DNA of 64,000 nucleotides from Verrucomicrobiales bacterium (GTDB lineage Bacteria; Verrucomicrobiota; Verrucomicrobiia; Limisphaerales; UBA1096): NCBI GenBank assembly GCA_002684915.1, contig NYWG01000162.1, positions 11,324 to 75,323 of the forward strand, read 5' to 3'. Shown piece by piece: positions 54,148 to 63,300 of this stretch (position 1 is its first letter; each line of letters starts with the position of its first letter). The notes under the pieces were generated by a model. It saw only the letters and a program-made list of their open reading frames with translations, ran no database searches and was not told where the DNA came from. The position numbers and the translations under genes were made by a program.

Positions 54148-56109
54148 ATGGAAAAATTTGAAACGTTTGTCATCAATCTAGAAAGAAGAAAAGATCGCCT
54201 TGAGTCATTTTTACAACGGTTTCCCGGGACCGGCAACGCTAAAAAATTGAAAATTTTTAAAGCCATAGATGGAAATAATTTAAATTACGATTCCCCCGCG
54301 TTACATCATGTTTTGAAAGAATCCATCGAGCAAAGGCATCTTAAATTAACATTAAATTCTGGAGAAATAGGGTGCTTGTTGAGTCACGTCAGCCTCTGGA
54401 AAAAAATTGTCGACGAGAACATACCCTTTGCTCACATTTATGAGGACGATGCCCTGTTCTCTGAAAATTTCGTAACTAGAATTAAAAAGGTATTTGAAAA
54501 TACTTTTGGTATAAATCCTCCTCCTGCTATCGTGTATACCGGGGGCAGGAAACATAAAAATTATGTCACCAAAAATATTACAAAAACTATCGGTAACCTT
54601 GTCGCGCATTCCAAAAAAAATTGGAATCGACACGTCAAAGATTTAGATCGCTGGCTGCACGCTTACATCATCTCGAATCGAGGCGCTGGGCTGTTGCTAG
54701 ACATGGTGTTCAATCACTTCAACGGCAAACTTGGCATAGACCAAGCCGTCGTCATGTTTCTAAACAAAAGTAGCGAGGAAACATACAGCGCGAACCCACT
54801 TCTATGTTACTCCATACCCCAAGGAGACTCAGATATTAGAAACTGGGGCATAAAACAGAATTATTGCCCCTTTTCCTTGCAAGATAAAGTTAATTTAATA
54901 AAATTTCCGCAATTCATTCAGCACGACGACGATATTACTGACTCGCTGAACCCTGACGTCAAAGAAAAGTGTGAAGATTTATATGGATCAGGCGTTATCG
55001 ATGGCATCATCTCACATTGTCACCAAGGCTACGACAATTTATTTCTTCCACACCACCGCTTACAACATAATTTTAATGTAGATACAACGCTGTACATTAA
55101 TCAATTCAGGTATAGCAACTGCTCTCAAATAGGCGTTATTACAGATGATCAGGGTGATGATTTTATACTTTGTGGTGGGGGGTCCAAAATTCCCAATCAA
55201 TTGATTGTGAAAGACTTAGATTTCAGCAACGTATGCGGACATGACGACACACCTGGGGAAAACTGTGTTAGATTCGACACACATCGCTGGAACGATTCAC
55301 TCGGACTAATCTACAAACAAAATTATCATAGCGCTTTTATCGATGTATGGGATATTCTGAATGCACAAATAGTTGGCGAAGTCAAAGAAGAAGCCAAATT
55401 TCAAGTTATTTTTGAACACGCAATTCCACAACTAAAAAACAACATCGAAAAAATCTCAATTTATCAGGATGGCCGCGTCGGTGATGAGACTTACTTGTGG
55501 GCTGAAGTCACTTCTGAAAACTTTCAAACACACAATGTCGACAGTGAAGACGTGCTTGACTGCACACTGAAACCAGGAGGTGTTGTTCTCCTAGGTGATG
55601 AAATGACCACATTTTGCACTAATTCGAATCGCCCCAATCTACCTTTGCGTGATTTGACAAACTATCAGAAAATGAATTCTTTGTCTTTAATATCTCAGTA
55701 TAATCGACTTGTCTTAAAAATAATAAAACCCGATGTGGCTCCTCGCGCAGCTGATGGTAAAATTACCATTAATTTATACGTGACAAAAAATACGGATGCG
55801 TATTTGTCAGATTCTAAGAAATGTACCGGAACCGACGAATCGTGTACCTCAAACGATGATTGCGATACGGGAAAGACGTGCGACTATGATGAAAGCACGC
55901 TATCATCTTTTGGCAAGAGGCTGACACTTTTAGCAGCGTGCACAAGGATAGAACACGCCGCTCACCTAAATGATTTTCATTTTAAGTGCGAAGATAACAA
56001 CGCTACGTGGGATCCAAAAAGGGAACAGTGCGTAGACTCTTGCAACACTCGGTGCTGGCATAAAATAACATTAAACTTAGAAAATGTTCCAACGTCTAGT
56101 CAAAGTTAA
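54148..56109 (+). CDS. GT25 glycosyltransferase fused to a roughly 400-aa C-terminal region carrying a Cys module shared with the giant neighbour
   Basis: FVINLERRKDRLESF, SGEIGCLLSHVSLWKKIV and AHIYEDDALF form the GT25 part. C-terminal module KKCTGTDESCTSNDDCDTGKTCDYDES. Confidence 0.8.
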   Translation: MEKFETFVINLERRKDRLESFLQRFPGTGNAKKLKIFKAIDGNNLNYDSPALHHVLKESIEQRHLKLTLNSGEIGCLLSHVSLWKKIVDENIPFAHIYEDDALFSENFVTRIKKVFENTFGINPPPAIVYTGGRKHKNYVTKNITKTIGNLVAHSKKNWNRHVKDLDRWLHAYIISNRGAGLLLDMVFNHFNGKLGIDQAVVMFLNKSSEETYSANPLLCYSIPQGDSDIRNWGIKQNYCPFSLQDKVNLIKFPQFIQHDDDITDSLNPDVKEKCEDLYGSGVIDGIISHCHQGYDNLFLPHHRLQHNFNVDTTLYINQFRYSNCSQIGVITDDQGDDFILCGGGSKIPNQLIVKDLDFSNVCGHDDTPGENCVRFDTHRWNDSLGLIYKQNYHSAFIDVWDILNAQIVGEVKEEAKFQVIFEHAIPQLKNNIEKISIYQDGRVGDETYLWAEVTSENFQTHNVDSEDVLDCTLKPGGVVLLGDEMTTFCTNSNRPNLPLRDLTNYQKMNSLSLISQYNRLVLKIIKPDVAPRAADGKITINLYVTKNTDAYLSDSKKCTGTDESCTSNDDCDTGKTCDYDESTLSSFGKRLTLLAACTRIEHAAHLNDFHFKCEDNNATWDPKREQCVDSCNTRCWHKITLNLENVPTSSQS

Positions 56110-57334
56110 GAAAGAAACTAGTATATTTATTTTGTATGGGGTTCACGGTATACTCCTGATTGGGGTTCAATTCCGGATCTTCAAAAGTAAACCCAATACA
56201 TCCCTCGCACACGGGTTTTGCGTTATCAGCGGGATTCTTGCAATGTACTTTTAAGACGTTATGATCCTCTTGCTCAACATTTTCTAAATTCACGTCGCAT
56301 AAAAACGCAGACTTATGTCGCCCGGCAACAGGACAGTCTTCATGTTGCGCCTCGTCGATGTCGCGCAACACGAAGTAGTCGTCGCAGGCCACGTCTGGCC
56401 TCTTTGGGTCGTCCCGTTGGAACATGAAATGTTTGTCCCCGCAATCATCGACTTTTGTTTTCGCCAAAACGTCTAATTCTTTGTTTTCCACTTCATAGCA
56501 CGTTTGCGTCGTTTCATCCCAAAAAGTTGGAAGATCGCTAAATAATCCGCTGGTGCAATTAATTGAATTGTATTCCCTCGCCTCCAAATCGTCGTGTTTG
56601 TATCGCACAATCACAACTCCCGATCCTCCATTTCCTCCAGACTGATATTGAAATGATCCACCGCCGCCCCCACCATGACAAAATAAGCCATCATCTCCGG
56701 ATCTTGCTTGACAGCCGAATCCATTAACGTCACATCCTTCACCATTACTAATGAAGTAACCACCAAGAGAACCGTTTCCACCTCCACCAACTCCACCAAC
56801 GCCGGCAATTTCAGCGGCACCAGCGCCCCCGCCGCCGCCGCGATACATCAAATTTCCCGTGATTGAAGAAGCCCGACCGTCGCCGCCGTCTTTTTGAGAA
56901 ACATTTTCAACCGTTTTCCCCTCACCTGCTCCCCCGCCACCCCCCGATTGCCAAGCTTGGCTTGGAACGCAAAAACCATCCTCATTAGTCCCCCCTACGC
57001 AAAAACCGTCGAATCCGTCAAAGCCTTGATTAGCGATTCCGCGACCCGCGACTCCTTGTCCCGGCGGATCTCGCCAATAATCTGTAACATCATCATAGGC
57101 ATTATAGAAAGCACCACCCCCCGAGCCACCATCACCACCGTTTTTAAATTCCGAAGGCAGGGGAAATATTATCCGGTTGTTTCCCCCATACCCCCCACCT
57201 TTTGATAATACATAATTATCAGTTCGAAAGTTAGCGTTAAGATTGTGCTCGCACTCAAGTAATGATCCATCATCACCAGCTGATCGTGTTGCACAATCAG
57301 ATGTTTTATTGCACTTACCTTCATAAAACTCATC
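56096..57334 (-). CDS. in-frame continuation of the giant Cys/Gly-rich gene (412 codons after the internal TAA)
   Basis: No stop in any triplet of this frame from 57334 to 56099, checked codon by codon. Carries the distal half of the glycine-rich domain, ending GGNGGSGVVIVRY. The first ATG is only at 56848. Confidence 0.7.
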   Translation of the reverse strand, partial: DEFYEGKCNKTSDCATRSAGDDGSLLECEHNLNANFRTDNYVLSKGGGYGGNNRIIFPLPSEFKNGGDGGSGGGAFYNAYDDVTDYWRDPPGQGVAGRGIANQGFDGFDGFCVGGTNEDGFCVPSQAWQSGGGGGAGEGKTVENVSQKDGGDGRASSITGNLMYRGGGGGAGAAEIAGVGGVGGGGNGSLGGYFISNGEGCDVNGFGCQARSGDDGLFCHGGGGGGSFQYQSGGNGGSGVVIVRYKHDDLEAREYNSINCTSGLFSDLPTFWDETTQTCYEVENKELDVLAKTKVDDCGDKHFMFQRDDPKRPDVACDDYFVLRDIDEAQHEDCPVAGRHKSAFLCDVNLENVEQEDHNVLKVHCKNPADNAKPVCEGCIGFTFEDPELNPNQEYTVNPIQNKYTSFFLNFD

Positions 57335-57337
57335 TTA
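57335..57337 (-). other. single in-frame TAA separating two halves of one reading frame
   Basis: ...GAT GAA TTT TAT GAA GAT GAA GAT TAA GAT GAG TTT TAT GAA GGT AAG..., translating to DEFYEDED*DEFYEGK. Confidence 0.9.
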
Positions 57338-60300
57338 ATCTTCATCTTCATAAAATTCATCATCATCCAGAAAATATTTACACCTACCCAACTTCTTGGG
57401 GGCAGATATGTAGGAATCGCCGCCATTCATTTTTGAAATTGTATCTGATACGCCGCCCCTTCCAACACGTACCTCGAATATGCCCGGGGAAAGATTTAAT
57501 TTAGGTTCCTTAAAAAGGAGCGCGTCGGCGTCCTCTGGGTCCTCGTCGTCATGATTGTTGTAACTTGTGCGGTACCCCCCGGCGCCGCCACCACCTGTGT
57601 TGCGGCTGTTAGTAATATCTACTGCGGAATTGGCCGACCCACCACTACCACCACCGGCAAGTACAAGAAAATCTATATCTTTACCACCTTCCTCTATTGT
57701 GAATGATTGATCGGGACAGTCTTCCCCAGGGCTTACAACTCCTGTACACTTGTACAATAATGCCTTATAGTCAGTCCCGATGGTAAAAGTTTCAAGGCCG
57801 GGGGCATCGGGAGTAACAATAGTGGATATCGATTTTTGAGTTTTAAATTTGTCAGTCTTGGGAAAATACATGCCATCTGGAAAGTTTGCTGCTTTTATGA
57901 ATCCTTGAGAAGTCGCATTATTGTAACTGCCAGATGCATTGTACGCGCTGATTAAAGTGGCAGCGTCACTAAATGGTGTAGTCCCCGCGCTGAGTCTTTG
58001 ACTATTTGGAATCAACACGCCATCTTGTGTGATTTTTACATAAAGTGTGTAACTACCAAGTGCGGAAGGACTTTGTGTCAAAATAATACTACCATCGGTA
58101 GTGTCTACAGCCCATTGATTTGGTGTTACATTCCAAGTTGGAGATACTGCCGTCACAGTACCTATATTTGTTGGAGAACTTCCAAAAGAATTTGCATCCC
58201 AATCTGAAACGGCCTCGATTTCTTTGAGTGTGACCTTTTCTGCGCATCCAACGTCTCGATAATAATTGTCAAATCCTCCTTCGTAATAATTAATTGGCTT
58301 AGATTGCGCTTTGCATTTCTGAAAATTTATCGGAAATTGTGATAAATCCAACGTGTCCGCTGCGCATTTGTATTTCAAGCCGTCGGCGCGTTCCTCGTAG
58401 AAATTGGAACAATCCAGCACGTCGTCCGACAGAAAACTAGAAAGGTTGTCGCAGGTCCATTGAGGCTCGGCATCCAAATCCGACGACGCAGATGCAAAGA
58501 CATCTTTCACGCTCGTGCAGCCCCTCAAGGCGTCGTGACCAGCGCCGATTCCGCAAATATTTTTTGCGACTTGTTCCGTAATATTGTTAGTAGCAAGCTG
58601 TTCGCTATCTCGCACATCATTCGTCACTAAATCGTTCCCCTTAGCGTTTAATTTATTAAAAATTGAATATGAAAAACCCATAATTTGCTTGGTGTCTTTA
58701 TTTTTTTCGCACTGGTGGCCCTCTCCGTCCTGTGTTTCGTTCTTGTCGTCGCGGCACGCATCGTCAAAATTTTGCGTAAATTTGGTATTCGGGTCGTCCC
58801 AGAAAATTGCATTGCCATCATCGTCGTAATTTGCAAAAAGCACACATTGCGGAATTTCATCTGGTTCGGTTATATCTAACAACCAGGCCGCGCATTCGTC
58901 TGGATTTTCTTCCGTGTTTTTTAAATAACACCTCTTGGCGCAATATTCTTCGTATTTGCCCGCGTCTTTGTGCGGATTGAATTGTTTTGTGAATTCAGTC
59001 ATCTCCACGTCGTCAATTACAGTCATTGAATTGTGCGAAACGGAGGACGTGTCCCACGTGCATGTCCCAGCCCCTGTGGGACAAGGCTCATTTGTAGAGC
59101 AAGATATTGACGCCGCGTTCGGCGTGTCGATTTCCGAGCCGCCTGAACATCTTTTTTCGGCCCATGGCATATTACCTACATTTGCAATGGAGAACTCTGC
59201 CTTGTCAATTTTTTCAAAATCTATGAATCCACTATAACCCCTGTTGTAGCTGACGTATCCATCGGCGTCTATTGGTTTTTTCGGGGCGTCGGAACGATTA
59301 TGAAATGTATCTTCATAGCAGAAAGTGTCCAAAACACTCGTAAAATCGAAACTGCTAAATTTTGAAAACCCTTCAACTCCGTCCCCCCACAAATCACGAT
59401 CTGTGTCAACACCTGACTCAAGACTCACCAAGTCATGATTGTGTAAGACATCACTTCTTGCGTGGTATCCGGAACTCTCGCACGCCGTTTTCACGGGTAA
59501 TGTGGGTGGTGTGAGAGTTGTTTGACGAGTCGTGTCGTAGGAGGGGTCACGCGCGCTGGTTACCTCGCCTGCGTCGTCTGCGTCGTCTGCAATAAATGGA
59601 TTTTTGTATTTGCACACTTTTTGATGCGGGTACCTCGAATTGCCGTATATTTTTTGTTCCAAACTAGGGTCTTCCTGTTTATAACACTCGTCATTTTCCC
59701 AATGTCCGTTGGGCAATTTTCCACACTGGTCTTCAGTTTTTACCACGCAATCATCACCTTGCTTAGTCAACCCTAGGGCTGAGCAGTAGTCGATTTTGCA
59801 CGTGGGCTGCCTGCACGTGAAGCGGGCGTCGGCGTTCATAAATTCTGAAAGTTTGTTTGCTTCGTAATGTTTTGAGGTACTTGTCACAGGATTTTCGGGA
59901 AGGACGCGATAATTATTATAGGAATTACTTGGGTAAGATATAGATCCGGCATAACAAGCTTTTGCGCAAACTTGCGTAAAATCTATCCCATCGTGCTTAT
60001 TAGCTATGCTTTTAGTCGCGTCGACGCAAGTGTTGAAACATCCTATCGGCGCTGATTTATCACCGTCAAAGAAGTCAGCTTCGCTTCTAGAGCCGCCCCA
60101 ATCGTCGAGATGAGACAAGACGGGCTTCGCCGAAGAAACTGAGAGTGTCGCGCCCATAACTTTATCACTCAAAGTAATGACGGGGGGTCCTGTCTCTGTT
60201 GATTCTTGGTCTTGAGATACGGGATTCGAGAAACAAGCTGCGACGCACGCCTTGATATCTTGATCAGTCTTCGGGCCAGTAAGATCACTTGAGCACGATT

Positions 60301-63300
60301 TCCAGCAACACGCCTTGTTAGCGTTCAAATTATTTAGCGGGTCCCCGTCGTTTACATTAAACGGCATCTCATAATCTCCAATAAATCCAATTCGGGGGTC
60401 TAGTCCTGGATCAGTTAAATATTTGACGCAATGTTGGTGATACGGAAAGCATGTTGCACTGTCAGCGCAATCAGTGTCGAAGTTACAGTCGTCCAGGTTG
60501 GCGAAATCGTCGGATGTGAAACTACTTAAATCTTCCGTACTCATGCAAAATCCCGTGCTCTCTTCTTTTGGAGTTACTTTTGCAAATTCAAAATTCTCAC
60601 CGACAGAACCGCAATCACTAGTCGTGTTGTATCCTACCCAATGAAACATTCCGGAAACTTCATAACATCCATATGGGTTTACGCATCCATTTGGGCGGGT
60701 GCCGGTTGGGGATAATTGGTTGCTGTAAAAGTCCAAGCCCATCGCGTCCGCATATTTCTCGCACGCTTGCTCGGAAATGGTTTTCCCGTTATAGCACACT
60801 GGTGTAGGCTCAGGCCCATCCGGATAAACTGGGCTTCCTCCGCCGTCGAATTCGGTATGAAGTACACATTGGTCGCCAATGGTCCAAGCACTCGAGGGTT
60901 GAATACACGCATGACTGTGCCGGGTAGATTTTTGAAATACATCAGAACACTGGAAATCACTTTCACATACAAAATCTGTCGTGACCCAATCTCCATCAAC
61001 ACCACTTTTCTTGTATGTGCAAACTGCACTGTCCTTGTCCATTTTTTGGATTTCGCCAAGGAACGGCTCGTAATTATAGGTAACCGTCTCGTCGTTTTCA
61101 AGGTAATTAAATAACATGTTTTCGTTATTTACTACGTGAAAGGGTGGATTTCCGTAGCACGTGTTTGCACATGCTGCGCGTTCTTTGCCATTATCAGCAT
61201 GTTCTTCGCATTTTGTATAACAACGAGATGACAGCTCGCCGGGTCGTTGTTTAGAATCAAAATCCAAAAAGTAATCTTTCAACCCCTCTTCGTCATCAAT
61301 TGTGATTTTGCTATATATATCATTACGAAAATTTTCCGGAAGTTCTATATTCTCTGAATACGTTGGAATTCCCTGATTAGATGGGTCGTCTTCATCAGAA
61401 TAACAATATTGGGCACAATCCGCGGGCTTGCCTTTTCCCCCGTTCAGAGACGTCTTATTGGAAACATCGTCGTCTTCTTCGAGCTGTTCTAGACACGTTT
61501 TGTAACAACAATCATTGGTGCATCCAGCAGAATATTTATCGCTCATGGTGGTTGAAGACGTGGTCGCAAGCCCCTCACATCTATCGGAACCTGCGCAATC
61601 ATTGTCTGAGGTACACAGATCGCCGGCGTTGGAACAGGTTTTCAGACCGTAGAATCCATATACTGAATGATCGCATGCCATCGCACACGATTTAAATTGT
61701 TCGTTTAAACCGTCAGTCTCATCGTCGTCATAAATTGAGAAATCAAATCCAGAGGAGTTTTTATGATATTTCCAGTTTGGTAGAAAAGTTTCCCATTTTT
61801 GAGGCCGCGCCGCCGGCGAAGTGTCGCAACTACCCGAAGGGCATGCGTAGTTGTCGGAACAATCGTCTCCATCTTTATCTCCGCCGATGCAAGTACCGCG
61901 GTCAAGCGATGAGACTTTATATAACTGGGCGTCTTGCCCACCATCAATCTCGTGTCCCTCAACTCTAAAATGTGCGACCGTCGCCATCGACACCTCGTCA
62001 ATACCATCTCCACCGTACCCATAACTAAACACTGTTGGATCGCCATGGATTTTTTTAATTACGAGGGCAAACTTCGTGTATAGGGCGGTGCAATTAGCAT
62101 CGGCTACGTCGGTGTCAACACCATCGCCACAATCATAAGAAGATCCGTTAAGTCCGATTGACGGGACTTCGTCGCTTTTTGAAACTAGCTCTCTCCACAT
62201 CGGGTCACCACCTTCACGGAATCCACTCGGAACATAACCATAAACTTTCCAGTCCTTTGGGGAACCAGAAAAGGCTAAATCTTCATTATTCAGCCCGGCA
62301 GTATGTGCACCTTCATAAGCGCCAGCGACAGAACCGACCTGGATTGTAGTTGGCCTTACATAGCTGCCAGGTGGCATCTCGAACTCAATCCACTCGCCCT
62401 CGATGGTTGAAAAGTCCGCGTGACCGTTTTCATCTTCAATAGCTGACAGCCGCCGCTTAGTTCCATAGTATCCATAGTATTCTCCTATATTATCCAAATC
62501 ATCAGTACACAAATGATCCATCCCATGCTGACTCGCCCCTAAGCCGCTTTCGCAATAATGGTAGTAAAGGCCTCTCTCAGACGACCAGAACTCGTCTTCG
62601 TGACAAAGATTAGTCCTCAAGTCGTAATCGGTGTCGAAAGCCCCTGAATGTGTGGGTCCACTTCCGAAATACATCTGGTTCGTGCCATCCCAGGATCCGT
62701 ACAAGGCAGATGCATATTGAATCAGGAACTCATTTCTGACTACACCGGCGCCGTCCAACAGAACACCCTCGCGTCTGTCCCAATCAATGTCAGTATTATT
62801 AACACACTTATTATCTTCCCAACAATTCTCATCTTCTTCATCACAAAAACAATCATAATCATTAGAACATGACTCTCCATTGAACTCGGTGCCGAAATAG
62901 GTGCACCTATTTCTATGATAACCTGCTACTCCGTTGTCCGTTCTATAATAAAACCAGTCATTGGAATACCCAGGGTTCGCATAAAAATAGTCAGGGCTCA
63001 TTGACCAACCAGGCCCGGAAGTCGGATAGCGCCGGCGCCATTCACAATTTTTAACATGTTTGGACGCATTTCTCATTGCTTTATGTGGCATGTACTTAGT
63101 ATCAGGTTGTCCAAAATATTGAGTGTTATAGGGTCCGTCGGCTGCCTGCGGCATATCGTGGTAAAAGCTTGACGCTCTGATTTTGTAGCCGACGTTTCCC
63201 GGCGTCTCGCCTAACCACGTAAAAACACACCTGTCTGGAGTCGTATATATTTGGTTGGGCTCTTTGGAACACCTGCTCCGGTAGTAATTGTATGCTGGTA

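Noticed and set aside
56155-56180. A tRNA-like T-loop string GGGGTTCAATTCCGG.
   Set aside because: The flanks do not form a 5-bp T-stem (TGGGG versus CCGGA mismatches). No acceptor, D or anticodon arms could be built. The string lies inside the coding frame ..ELNPNQEYTV.. of the giant gene's continuation.
57311-57322. GGTAAGT (a canonical 5' splice-site string) just downstream of the in-frame TAA in the giant gene.
   Set aside because: The reading frame is already continuous on both sides of the stop, and the string lies after the stop rather than before it. No matching branch point or 3' site that would remove the stop was seen. It is most simply the codons GGT AAG T(GC).
57335-57337. The idea that TAA is reassigned to a sense codon (an alternative genetic code).
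   Set aside because: TAA terminates other ORFs exactly where homologues end. For example, petC stops right after ..PWWK at 4116-4118, and the patatin and SDR ORFs also end in TAA. TAG and TGA are also used as stops, so the code appears standard.
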